From assembly GCA_963792585.1 (NCBI GenBank), contig CAWBWI010000001.1:1675624-1739623 (forward strand): 64,000 bases of DNA, read 5' to 3'. A program made the position numbers and the translations under genes. Source of the stretch: Candidatus Eiseniibacteriota bacterium (lineage in GTDB: Bacteria; Eisenbacteria; RBG-16-71-46; CAIMUX01; VGJL01). Positions 17,466 to 27,135 of the stretch are shown here, piece after piece. Position 1 is the first letter of the stretch. Every line of letters starts with the position of its first letter. Under the pieces are notes generated by a model. That model was not told the DNA's origin. It did no database searches and saw only the letters and a program-made list of their open reading frames with translations.

Positions 17466-20400
17466 CGACGCACTGAAGAGAGCCGCCCGTGCCGTCACCG
17501 ACGGAAGCCCCGTCGACTGGGAGAACCTGTCGGCGACCTTTCCGCACCTCCGCTCGCGGCTGGACAAACTGCGGTTGATCGAGTCTCTCGCGGCATCCGC
17601 CCGCACCCCTGTCGCCCCGCCCGACCGGAAGGCCCCGGATCCCAGCGAGATGTTGTTCTCCTGGGGACCGCTTCGGGTAATGGCGAAGATCGGAGAGGGG
17701 AGCTTCGGGGAGGTCTATCGCGCCTTCGACCCGGTCTTGGAACGGGTGGTGGCGCTCAAGTTGCACCGTCTCGCCGGCGCCGTTGCGCGTTCCGCGTTCG
17801 CGCCCCACATCGAGGAAGCGCGCAAGCTCGCGCGGGTCCGCCATCCGAATGTCCTGACGGTGCACGGCGTCGAGGTTCACGATGGCCGCGCCGGTATGTG
17901 GACGGACTTCATCCAGGGCGAGACTCTGGAAGAGCGGATCGTGTCGGCCGGCCCGCTCGGCGTGGACGAGATCGCAGTGATTGCCCGGGACCTATGCCGT
18001 GCCCTCGCGGCCGTCCACGCGGCCGACATCGTGCACGGCGACATCAAGGCGGCGAACGTGATGCGCGAGCGCGACGGCCGGATCATCTTGATGGACTTCG
18101 GCGCGGGATCCTATCTGCATGACCTCCTTTCGGCGGAGCCGGGCGAGGCCGGCCCTGGTCTCGAGTCGATAGTGAATCCCTCGGCGCCCGCCGCCCGCAG
18201 ATTGATCGGGACCCCGCTCGTCATGGCTCCGGAGTTGCTGGACGGCTCCGAGCCGAACGTCAGGTCCGACATCTACGCGCTCGGGGTTCTCCTCTTCCGC
18301 CTCGCAACCGGACGCCATCCGATCGAGGCTTCGACCGCGGAAGAGCTCGTGGAGCGCCACGAGGAGCCGCGGCGCGTGTTCCTCTGGGAGGTCCGCCCTG
18401 ACTTGCCGGAGACCTTCGCCCGGGCGATCGAGAAGGCGCTCGCCCCGCATGCGGGAGACCGATATGCGGACGCGACCGAGATGGGCGTCATTCTCGCGGC
18501 CTCGCTCGGCGCAAGCCCGGAGCATTCGGACACGAAGGCCGGCGCGGTTCGGAATTCGATCCGGTTCTCGACGCGGTTCATCGGACGCGAGCGGGAACTC
18601 GCCGCGGCCCGCAAACTCGTGGTCGAGTCCCCCGTCGTCACCTTCGTCGGTCCTGGAGGCTCGGGGAAGACACGGCTCGCGGCTCGGCTGTGCGAGGAGC
18701 TGGCCGGAGCCTTCCCCGGCGGCGTCTGCTTCGTGGAACTCGCGCACATCACGCCCGCCATGCCGTTGGACGCGGAGATTGCCCGAGCGCTTGGAATCCG
18801 TGAGGAACCCACACGACATTTGCGCGAGATGCTCGTCGAACACCTGGCGGGGGCAGCGCGGCTGCTCGTGCTCGACAATTGCGAGCAGATCCTCGATGGG
18901 TCGCGCGCGTTCTGCGATTTCATCCGCTCGCAATGCCCCAACGTCCACCTGATCGCGACGAGCCGGCAGGCACTGGGAGTGATCGAGGAGCGCATCTACC
19001 ACACACCACCGCTGACCATACCCCCCTCTCCCGGAGGGGGCCGAACCCACGGACTGGAGATCACCGAATCGGAGGCGGTGCGGCTCTTCATCGACCGCGC
19101 CGTTCGCAGCCGACCCGATTTCTCACTGACCGAGGCGAACGCGCCGCACGTCGCGGAGATCTGCCGTCGTCTCGAGGGGATTCCGCTCGCGATCGAACTG
19201 GCGGCGGCGCGCGTGCGCGCGCTGGGCACCGAGGCCCTTGCGTCCCGGTTGGAGGAGAGCTTCAGGCTGCTCACGGGGGGCAACACGGGCCCGGCGCACC
19301 ATTCGACGATCGAGGCATCGATCGACTGGAGCTACCGGCTCCTCGAGGATCCGGAGCGCCGGCTGTTGCGCAGGCTTGCCGTCTTCGCCGGAGCGTGGTC
19401 GATCGAGGCCGCGGAGACGGTCTGCACGGACGATCCGGATCAACCGGGTGAGATCGCCCATGAGCCCATCCTCGATCTGATCACCAGTCTCGTGGAGAAA
19501 TCGCTGGTGACATTCGATGTCCCCCGCGAGGACCGGAACGACGCCGGCTCGGGCGGCGCGGCAAGCGGTGCTTCCTACCGGATGCCGGAGATGGTCCGCC
19601 AGTTCGCGATGGCCGCGCTGCTCCGGTCGGGAGACGCAGATGTGCTGCGCGCGCGCCATCTCGCCTACTTCCTCCGGATCACGGAGGAGATCGGGATGCG
19701 AATCTACGGGCAGGAGCAGGAGCGCCTTCTCCCCTATCTCGAATCCCAGCAGGATAACTACCGCGCCGCGATTCGTTGGTCGATGACCGAAGCCGGAGAC
19801 ATCGATGCCGGCCTTCGCATCGCCGCCCTCATTCGCCGGTTCTGGTTCATCCGGGGATACATCACGGAAGGTCGGCAACTCCTCGACGAACTGGTGGCGA
19901 CGGGACGGGGGACACCCCAGAACAGGGCGAACGCCATCGTGTCATCCGCCAGCCTGGCCTGGTCGAGCGGGGATGCGGCCACGAGCAAGAGGCTCGCCCT
20001 GGAGGCGCTGCGGATCCGGGAAGAGATCGGAAGCGTGGATGGGCAGATCCCGGCCCTCGCCGTCCTCGGCACCATTGCGTCCGACGAGGGAGACTACGGG
20101 CGGGCTCGCATGCTGCTGGAGAAGGCTCTTGCGATCCGTCGCGGGATCCCCGACCTGGCTTCCCTGGCTTCCATCACGTGCAATCTCGGCGTCCTCTGCG
20201 CGCGCGAAGGCGATCTCCAGGCGGCCAGCCGGTACTACGAGGAGGCCTACGCCACGATGGTCGAAATGGGAGATCTCCCCAGCGCCGCAACGCTGCTCAT
20301 GAACTTCAGCGCGACCGCGCGCGACCTGGGAGATCTGCCGCGCGCGAAGGAACTGGCGCTCGAGTCCGTGAAGATCTTCCGAGCATCGGAGAACCGACGG

Positions 20401-20796
20401 GGCCTGCCGAGCGCGGTGCTCAATCTGGCGAAGGTGCACCAGGCGGAGGGAGACCTGGTGACGGCCTACGAGCGGATGTTGGAGAGCCTCGCGGGCGCCC
20501 GTGACCGGGGCGATCACCCCGCGATTGCCGACAATCTGGAATCGATCGCCCAGCTCTGGGTTGCAGATCGGCGTTTCGATCGCGCCGCCCGACTCCTCGG
20601 GGCCGCCGAGGTGCTGAGAGAGGCACACGGGCAGTCGATCCACCCACTAGGACTGCCCGACCACGACCAGGCCGTCATGAGGGCCCGGGAGGCGCTCGGC
20701 GATGAGGCCTTCCGGAGCGCCCAAGCGTCGGGGCGCGCGATGGACCTCGAGCGCGCGATCGCTCACGCGTTCGAGCCCGGCGAGGCGGATCGCTGA
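17449..20796 (+). CDS. Ser/Thr kinase - NB-ARC-like ATPase - TPR protein
   Basis: GEGSFG, HGDIKAAN, DFG, MAPE; GPGGSGKT, LLVLDNCE, LEGIPLAIELAAAR; TPR C-terminus. Confidence 0.92.
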   Translation: MPTGPDDALKRAARAVTDGSPVDWENLSATFPHLRSRLDKLRLIESLAASARTPVAPPDRKAPDPSEMLFSWGPLRVMAKIGEGSFGEVYRAFDPVLERVVALKLHRLAGAVARSAFAPHIEEARKLARVRHPNVLTVHGVEVHDGRAGMWTDFIQGETLEERIVSAGPLGVDEIAVIARDLCRALAAVHAADIVHGDIKAANVMRERDGRIILMDFGAGSYLHDLLSAEPGEAGPGLESIVNPSAPAARRLIGTPLVMAPELLDGSEPNVRSDIYALGVLLFRLATGRHPIEASTAEELVERHEEPRRVFLWEVRPDLPETFARAIEKALAPHAGDRYADATEMGVILAASLGASPEHSDTKAGAVRNSIRFSTRFIGRERELAAARKLVVESPVVTFVGPGGSGKTRLAARLCEELAGAFPGGVCFVELAHITPAMPLDAEIARALGIREEPTRHLREMLVEHLAGAARLLVLDNCEQILDGSRAFCDFIRSQCPNVHLIATSRQALGVIEERIYHTPPLTIPPSPGGGRTHGLEITESEAVRLFIDRAVRSRPDFSLTEANAPHVAEICRRLEGIPLAIELAAARVRALGTEALASRLEESFRLLTGGNTGPAHHSTIEASIDWSYRLLEDPERRLLRRLAVFAGAWSIEAAETVCTDDPDQPGEIAHEPILDLITSLVEKSLVTFDVPREDRNDAGSGGAASGASYRMPEMVRQFAMAALLRSGDADVLRARHLAYFLRITEEIGMRIYGQEQERLLPYLESQQDNYRAAIRWSMTEAGDIDAGLRIAALIRRFWFIRGYITEGRQLLDELVATGRGTPQNRANAIVSSASLAWSSGDAATSKRLALEALRIREEIGSVDGQIPALAVLGTIASDEGDYGRARMLLEKALAIRRGIPDLASLASITCNLGVLCAREGDLQAASRYYEEAYATMVEMGDLPSAATLLMNFSATARDLGDLPRAKELALESVKIFRASENRRGLPSAVLNLAKVHQAEGDLVTAYERMLESLAGARDRGDHPAIADNLESIAQLWVADRRFDRAARLLGAAEVLREAHGQSIHPLGLPDHDQAVMRAREALGDEAFRSAQASGRAMDLERAIAHAFEPGEADR

Positions 20797-20809
20797 GAGG
20801 CCGGTTCCT

Positions 20810-21562
20810 CTAGAAACGGACCGAGAGGGAAGCGCGCATCTCCCCCGTCGACGGATTCCACGCGAACGCGGGCGACGCCCCGTGAGGAGTCAGCTCGGCC
20901 TGCTCGTCCCCTCCTGTGAAGACGAATTGCTGGAGAAGGAAGAGTCCGAAGAGGCTCCCACCCACGATCGCGAAGGTCTGCGCCTTGCTGTCGTGATCCT
21001 TGGCGTCCTGGTACTTCTCCTCGGCCTCGTCCTTGCGGTTCGCGTTGAAGAGTTCTTTGTACTCGTCGTAGCTCGAATTGCCCTTTGAGTTCTCATTCAG
21101 CGCAAGCCCGCCGACGGCAGCGGCGCCGATGAGGCTTCCCCACTTCAGGAATCCACGAAATGCGGATCCACCACCCGTCCCGGCAGGGGTCGACGCCTCG
21201 CCACGCCGGGGCTGCTTCGTCGCCCCCGACGCGGGCGCTTCGGACTCCGTCCCGCCCGGGATCAGTTCATCCGCGGAGATGACCTCGAGGAACTTGGTGG
21301 CCGCCCACCCGAGGGTCCCGTCCTTGAGTCGGATTTGCGTCCAGTCGCCCTGAACCTCGATGAGGGTTGCGGTCGCGTCCTTCGTCAGGGAAGCGACGAT
21401 CGCGTTTGTGGTGCCGGGTCCGCTTCGGACGTTCAGACTCGTGGCTATGACCCGCACTTGCTTCTCGTTCTTCCCCGAGTCCTCCGCAAATGCCATCGAA
21501 GGAAGCAGCCACTGGGCGGAAAGCAGGAGCACCAGGATCCAGACACCCATTCTTCGAGTCAT
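20810..21562 (-). CDS. Secreted SH3b-domain protein
   Basis: Signal peptide; LNVRSGPGTT..GDWTQIR..G.LGW SH3b motif; hydrophobic segments; C-terminal SLSVRF; GGAGAAGG RBS. Confidence 0.75.
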   Translation of the reverse strand: MTRRMGVWILVLLLSAQWLLPSMAFAEDSGKNEKQVRVIATSLNVRSGPGTTNAIVASLTKDATATLIEVQGDWTQIRLKDGTLGWAATKFLEVISADELIPGGTESEAPASGATKQPRRGEASTPAGTGGGSAFRGFLKWGSLIGAAAVGGLALNENSKGNSSYDEYKELFNANRKDEAEEKYQDAKDHDSKAQTFAIVGGSLFGLFLLQQFVFTGGDEQAELTPHGASPAFAWNPSTGEMRASLSVRF

Positions 21563-21753
21563 CCCTTCTCCTCCGGGCGTTCCCGGTTCTCCAGGAAGCG
21601 GTACGCCCTCCGAAATGCCCGCGCGGATGGTACCAGAAGTCTCCAACCCCCGAAACCGGGAGAGGGAGGGCAGAGGGGTCCCCGGCACACCCCTTGACAC
21701 CCCGGTACCCCGCACGACTACGATTCACTGTCCTTATCGGACAGGAGGTCCCC

Positions 21754-22293
21754 ATGCCCAAGAAGTCGTTCCTGACGGACATCAAGACCCTCCGAAAGCG
21801 CGCCCGGCAGCATATCGAGATGGGCGCGGTCACCCCGGGATACAAGGCGGACCTGAAGATCGCCGTGAAGATCCTCAACGAAGCGCTCGCGACCGAGATC
21901 GTCTGCGTCCTGCGCTACAAGCGACACTTCTACATGGCGACGGGGATCAACGCCCAGGCCGCCGCACAGGAATTCCTGCAGCACGCGACCGAGGAGCAGG
22001 CCCATGCCGACCAGATCGCGCAGCGGATCGTCCAGCTCGGAGGCGAACCGAACTTCTCTCCCGAAGGACTCCTCACGCGCAGCCATGCGGAGTACGTGGA
22101 GGGGTCCAACCTGATCGAGATGATCCAGGAGGACCTCGTCGCCGAGCGTATTGCTATCGACAGCTACCGGGAGATGGTCGCCTTCTTCGGCGACGCGGAT
22201 CCGACATCACGGCGAATGCTCGAGGGAATCCTCGCCATGGAGGAGGAACATGCGGACGACCTCGTGAACCTGCTCCAGGAGATCGGTTCCTAG
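21754..22293 (+). CDS. Ferritin/bacterioferritin-like di-iron protein
   Basis: AGGAGG RBS; LNEALATE..LRYKRH, EEQAHAD, EDLVAERIAI..Y, EEEHADDL ferroxidase pattern. Confidence 0.88.
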   Translation: MPKKSFLTDIKTLRKRARQHIEMGAVTPGYKADLKIAVKILNEALATEIVCVLRYKRHFYMATGINAQAAAQEFLQHATEEQAHADQIAQRIVQLGGEPNFSPEGLLTRSHAEYVEGSNLIEMIQEDLVAERIAIDSYREMVAFFGDADPTSRRMLEGILAMEEEHADDLVNLLQEIGS

Positions 22294-22416
22294 AACCGAC
22301 GAGGGTTCGGCGGACGCGATCCCGCCAAGCGGCTACCGGGTTTGACAGTCGCTCGTCAAAGAGTCGAGAATTGGTGTGCCTTCCCGGCGCGGTGCAGGCA
22401 AGAAGCTGGAGGATTG

Positions 22417-25347
22417 GTGAACCCTGAGCCCAGCGACCGCTCCTTTCCGATGCACGAGCGGGATTTTCGCTTTCTCGTCGAGAACACGGAGGACGTGATC
22501 GCCGTCGTCTCGAGCGACGGTATCGTCGTCTATGTGAACCGGCGCGGGATTGCGCGACTCGGCGCTTCCGCCGATGACGTGATCGGCCGTTCACTCCCGA
22601 GCATGATCGCTCCGGAGGAGGTCGAGCGGGTCACGGAGATCCGGGCCGCGCGGCACGCCGGACGCCCCTCCCCACAGAGGTATGAAACCTGCGTCATCCT
22701 ACCGGGAACCGGTCGGATCGAGGTGGAGGTCACCGCTACCCCCACGGAGTGGAACGGGAAGCCGGCGGATGTGATCATCCTGCGGGACATCTCGGAGCGC
22801 AGGAGGGCGGAAGAGCAAATCCGGCACCGGGAGGCCATCTTGCGCAGCGTCGCCGCGGCGGCGGAGAGCCTCGTCCGCTCGATTTCCTGGAAGGATGGCA
22901 TCCAGGAGACCATGGCCATGGTCGGCAGGGCCGGCGGGGTCGATCGCGTCTTCGTCTGGGAAGCCGCCCGTGAGCCGGATGGCGAGATTCGTATTTGCTG
23001 GGCACGATCCTGGGCAAGCGATCGCTACCCCGGGGGTGCCTCCGGCTTGCTCTACGAAGGACTCCGGCTGCGCTCCTCGGGGTTTGACAGGCACATCGAC
23101 GGCTTCCAGCGCGGGCGGATCCTCGCCGAGCCGCTGGACAGATACCCCGAACCGTTCCGCTCGCAATGGGCAGCGGCGGGCATTCGGGCGATACTCGCGG
23201 CGCCCATTCTCGTCGACGGCGAGTGGTGGGGCGTGCTGGGGTTCTCGGACTGCTCGGCCGAACGCGAATGGTCGGCAACCGAGATCGACGCGCTTCGGGT
23301 CCTCACGAGCATCCTCGGCGCCCTCATCCGGCGGGAACGGATCCGTGAGGACCTCGCGATGAGCGAGGAACGCCTCCGGCAGACCGTGGAGCAGGCCCCG
23401 GCGGGCATATTCATCGCCGATGAGCGAGGACGCTATATCGAGGTCAATACAACCGCGTGCCAGATGCTCGGATACAGCCGCGATGAGCTGCTTCGGCTGA
23501 CCGTCTACGATGTGACCCCACCGGAGTTCCGCGAGCTTGGCGCGACAAGTTTTGAGAGGGTGCGAAGTGGTGAACCGGTGATCATCGAGAGCGCGCTCCT
23601 CTGCAAGTCCGGGGTCTCTCTTGCGGTCGAGATCAACGCGAAGCGCCTCTCCGATGGTCGGCTGCAGGCGATCGTCTCCGACATCACCGAGCGCAAGCGC
23701 ACACAGGATGAACTCCGTCGTCGCGACGTGATCCTGGAGGTTGTCAGCACCGCCGCCGAGCGCTTCTTGAACTCCACGGTCTGGGAGGAGCAGATCGGCA
23801 AAGTCCTCGAGCAACTCGCGGGGGCGACCGGCGCCGATCGCGCCTTCCTGTACGAGAATCAGACGGACGCTCATGGCGTCCTCCGGACGATTCGGCGATA
23901 CGGCTGGTTGGACCCCGACTCGAAGGGGACGGTCGCCGCCCAGGCGACGACCGGCTACCCGCTGGCGGACCTGGGACTCACCAGAGAGCTCGGCATTCTG
24001 CGCTCGGGACGGATTCTCCAACTGGAGAGCAAGGATGCGTCCCCACCGCTGGCCAAGGTCCTCGAGCAGATCGGCATCCACGCACTCACCTTGGTGCCGA
24101 TCCTCGTCGAAGGGGACCTCTGGGGCTACTTCGGGCTTGCCGAGAGCGGGGCGACGCGCACATGGCTCCGCGTCGAACTCGACGCGTTGCGGATCGCCGG
24201 TGACATCCTCGGGGCCCTGGTCCGCCGAAGGCGGGTCGAGGCTGCGTTGCGCGCCAGCGAGCAGAAGTACCGGACACTCGTCGAGGGAACGAAGCAGTCC
24301 ATCGTGATGATCGACCGCTACGGGGTCTTCCGGTTCGCAAACACCACTGCGGCGACCCGCCTCGGCACGACCCAGGAAGCGATCACCGGCAAGACGATGT
24401 GGGAGCTGTTCCCTCAGAAACTCGCCGACGAGCAGATGGACATCCTGCGCCAGGCGATCGACGAGCGAGAGCCGGTGGTCGTCGAGCGGGCGACCATCGT
24501 GCAGGGCACGGAGCGGTGGCACGAGACGCGCATCCACCCGCTCGTCGACGACGAACGCCGGTGCGAATCCGCGCTCGTTCTGATCAGCGATATCGGCGAC
24601 CGGAAGAGGGCCGAGGCGGAGATCATCTCCTACCAGAAGAGGCTTCGCTCGCTCTCCTCCGAGCTGATGCTGGCCGAAGAGCGGGAACGGCGGAGGATTG
24701 CTGCCGAGTTGCACGACCGGATCGGGCAGTCCCTCGCAATTGCAAAGATGAAACTGGGCGCCGCGCGGCAGATGAGTGCGTCGGAGCGAATGAACCAGAT
24801 CCTCGACGAGATGCGCCGACTCCTGGATGAGACGATTCAGGACACTCGACTGCTGACTTTCGAGATCAGTCCCCCGATCCTCTACGAGCTTGGCTTCGAG
24901 CCCGCTGTCGAGTGGCTCGCGGAGAGATTCCACGAGCGTCACGGGATTGAAGCTTCCTTCCTGGACGACCGCCAACCGAAGCCGCTCGGAGCCGACCTCC
25001 GCGTCTTCCTGTTCCAGGCGGTTCAGGAGCTCCTTCTCAACGTCGTCAAGCACGCAAAGGCGCGGTCGGTTCGGGTGAGCGTGCGCAGAGAGGGGGAACA
25101 GATCGTCGTTGGCGTGGCCGATGACGGGATCGGATGCGATCCCGTCCAGATCGCTGCGATCGGCTCGACCCATGTCGGTTTCGGGCTCTTCAACATCCGC
25201 GAGCGGCTGGGACTCCTCGGCGGAAGGCTCGAGATCGAGTGCTCCTCGGAAGGCGGAACCATGGCCTGCCTGCGGGCGCCGCTCCGCACAGGAACCCCCA
25301 CGGAGGGAGGAACGAGAGATGGGTCTGAGAATCCTACTGGCCGATGA
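22417..25347 (+). CDS. Cytoplasmic PAS-GAF-PAS-GAF-PAS sensor histidine kinase (HisKA_3 type)
   Basis: GTG 22417 after GGAGGA; repeated DISERR/DITERK PAS ends; ERRRIAAELHDRIGQ H-box; ELLLNVVKHA, DDGIG, GFGLFNIRER. Confidence 0.9.
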   Translation: MNPEPSDRSFPMHERDFRFLVENTEDVIAVVSSDGIVVYVNRRGIARLGASADDVIGRSLPSMIAPEEVERVTEIRAARHAGRPSPQRYETCVILPGTGRIEVEVTATPTEWNGKPADVIILRDISERRRAEEQIRHREAILRSVAAAAESLVRSISWKDGIQETMAMVGRAGGVDRVFVWEAAREPDGEIRICWARSWASDRYPGGASGLLYEGLRLRSSGFDRHIDGFQRGRILAEPLDRYPEPFRSQWAAAGIRAILAAPILVDGEWWGVLGFSDCSAEREWSATEIDALRVLTSILGALIRRERIREDLAMSEERLRQTVEQAPAGIFIADERGRYIEVNTTACQMLGYSRDELLRLTVYDVTPPEFRELGATSFERVRSGEPVIIESALLCKSGVSLAVEINAKRLSDGRLQAIVSDITERKRTQDELRRRDVILEVVSTAAERFLNSTVWEEQIGKVLEQLAGATGADRAFLYENQTDAHGVLRTIRRYGWLDPDSKGTVAAQATTGYPLADLGLTRELGILRSGRILQLESKDASPPLAKVLEQIGIHALTLVPILVEGDLWGYFGLAESGATRTWLRVELDALRIAGDILGALVRRRRVEAALRASEQKYRTLVEGTKQSIVMIDRYGVFRFANTTAATRLGTTQEAITGKTMWELFPQKLADEQMDILRQAIDEREPVVVERATIVQGTERWHETRIHPLVDDERRCESALVLISDIGDRKRAEAEIISYQKRLRSLSSELMLAEERERRRIAAELHDRIGQSLAIAKMKLGAARQMSASERMNQILDEMRRLLDETIQDTRLLTFEISPPILYELGFEPAVEWLAERFHERHGIEASFLDDRQPKPLGADLRVFLFQAVQELLLNVVKHAKARSVRVSVRREGEQIVVGVADDGIGCDPVQIAAIGSTHVGFGLFNIRERLGLLGGRLEIECSSEGGTMACLRAPLRTGTPTEGGTRDGSENPTGR

Positions 25348-25966
25348 CCATCGGATCATGCGCGAAGGATTGCGGGCGCTCCTCCAGGAGCAGCCCACGA
25401 TGACGGTCGTCGGAGAAGCGGAGAACGGCCGCAAAGCGGTTCAGCTCGCGAAGGAACTCACACCCGACGTCGTGATCATGGACGTGACGATGCCCGAGAT
25501 GAACGGGATCGAGGCGACCACGCAGATCAAGGCCGCCATCCCCGGAGTTCGCGTCATCGCCTTGTCGATCCACACGGATCGACGCTTCGTGATCCAGATG
25601 TTTCGGGCCGGAGCGTCAGGATACCTGCTGAAAGACTGCGCATTCGAAGAACTGACCCGCGCGATTCGTACCGTCTCGGACGGCCAGGCTTACCTGAGCC
25701 CCGGCATCGCCGGCGTTGTTGTCGAGGAGTTTCTTCGAACGCTGGCGAGCGACGGGGGTACGGGGGTTCCGTCGCTGAGCGGCCGCGAGCGGGAAGTCCT
25801 CCAACTCACCGCCGAGGGACGGAGCATGAAGGAGATCGCTTCGGCCCTGCATGTCAGCGTCAAGACCATCGAAACCCACCGGCGTCAGATCATGAGCAAG
25901 CTGGGCGTGAACAGCGTCGCAGAGTTGACCAAGTACGCGATTCGGGAAGGTCTGACTCCCCTGTAG
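25319..25966 (+). CDS. NarL/LuxR-family response regulator
   Basis: LADDH, DVVIMDVTMP, GYLLK; HTH LSGREREVL..KEIA..LHVSVKTIETHR. Confidence 0.93.
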   Translation: MGLRILLADDHRIMREGLRALLQEQPTMTVVGEAENGRKAVQLAKELTPDVVIMDVTMPEMNGIEATTQIKAAIPGVRVIALSIHTDRRFVIQMFRAGASGYLLKDCAFEELTRAIRTVSDGQAYLSPGIAGVVVEEFLRTLASDGGTGVPSLSGREREVLQLTAEGRSMKEIASALHVSVKTIETHRRQIMSKLGVNSVAELTKYAIREGLTPL

Positions 25967-26037
25967 ACGCACTCCCCCTGCGGCCCCTCGCTGCCCGGAC
26001 ATCCGGTTGGCAGGCTAAGGATTTTGGACCTGCGAAG

Positions 26038-26052
26038 TCAGGATCTGCCTGA
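26038..26052. promoter_or_regulatory. Palindrome, candidate NarL-type regulator site
   Basis: TCAGG-ATCTG-CCTGA, 72 nt downstream of the response regulator stop. Confidence 0.35.
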
Positions 26053-26343
26053 TTGCCGATTCATCCGCCAGAGTCGATGCTCCTTTAGCCGGGGTTGGAT
26101 AGGTTCACTCGGAACCTGGGCGAGCATCCCAATCCGCCGAGAGCATGGAATTGCTGACCGACCGGAGGGGCTCGCGATCGTGGTGTCGGGCGATACCGTT
26201 GACTATGTGACAGTGCCTGACGTCTTTTCGTCATACGTCTGATCTACCGCCGGTTGCGGATGGGAAAGTGGGGGTCGGTGAAAGCCGGCCCCCACTGTTT
26301 GTGGCCCCTGGGACTCCCGACACCGTGTATTCTCACAACAGCC

Positions 26344-27135
26344 ATGAACCGACCGCTTTGTGTCCACGATCAGTCCATCCTCGAGGCTCACCTTCGGCGA
26401 AGTCCGATCCTCCACTTGTATGAACTCGGCGATCTCGATGAGTTTTTCTGGTCGCACACGACCTGGCATGCCCTCCCGGAAGGGGACGGTCTCGCGGCCT
26501 CGACACTCGTCTATTCGGGGACAGATCTCCCCGTTCTGATTGCGATGTCCGAGGATCGGTCCGGTCGGATGCGGCAGTTGCTGGACGGGATCCTGCCCTT
26601 CCTCCCATCGCGCTTCTACGCCCACCTGACCGACGGGTTGGACGAGGTCTTCAACACGGACTACCGGATCGAACCCCATGGCGCCCATCTGCGGATGAAC
26701 CTGGCGCACCCGGAGGTCGTGGCGAGGATCGATGGCCGGGGCGCGACGCAGCTTGGTCGAGCGGACCTGGAGGCCATTGGCGGCTTATATGGAACCGCAT
26801 ATCCGGACAACTGGTTCGATCCTCGCATGCTCGACACCGGCGCATACCACGGCATCCGGGAAGACGGACGGCTCGTCGGCGTCGCCGGCGTGCATGTCTA
26901 CTCCCCCGCCTACCGCGTGGCCGCCCTCGGGAACATCGCGACCCATCCGCTCCATCGGGGGCGGGGCATCGGCGGCGCCGTGACGGCCTCGGTTTGCCGC
27001 TGGCTTCTCCGCACGACCGACATTATCGGCTTGAACGTCCGGGAGGACAACGCGGCCGCGATCCGTTGCTACGAGCGCCTTGGATTCGAGACCTATGCGG
27101 GGTACGGCGAATACCTATTGGAGCGAAAACGGTGA
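26344..27135 (+). CDS. GNAT-family acetyltransferase
   Basis: LGNIATHPLHRGRGIG motif A; LNVREDNAAAIRCYERLGF motif B. Confidence 0.88.
   Translation: MNRPLCVHDQSILEAHLRRSPILHLYELGDLDEFFWSHTTWHALPEGDGLAASTLVYSGTDLPVLIAMSEDRSGRMRQLLDGILPFLPSRFYAHLTDGLDEVFNTDYRIEPHGAHLRMNLAHPEVVARIDGRGATQLGRADLEAIGGLYGTAYPDNWFDPRMLDTGAYHGIREDGRLVGVAGVHVYSPAYRVAALGNIATHPLHRGRGIGGAVTASVCRWLLRTTDIIGLNVREDNAAAIRCYERLGFETYAGYGEYLLERKR

Noticed and set aside
21694-21724. TTGACA...TACGAT promoter for the ferritin-like gene
   Set aside because: The 19-bp spacer is too long for a confident call.
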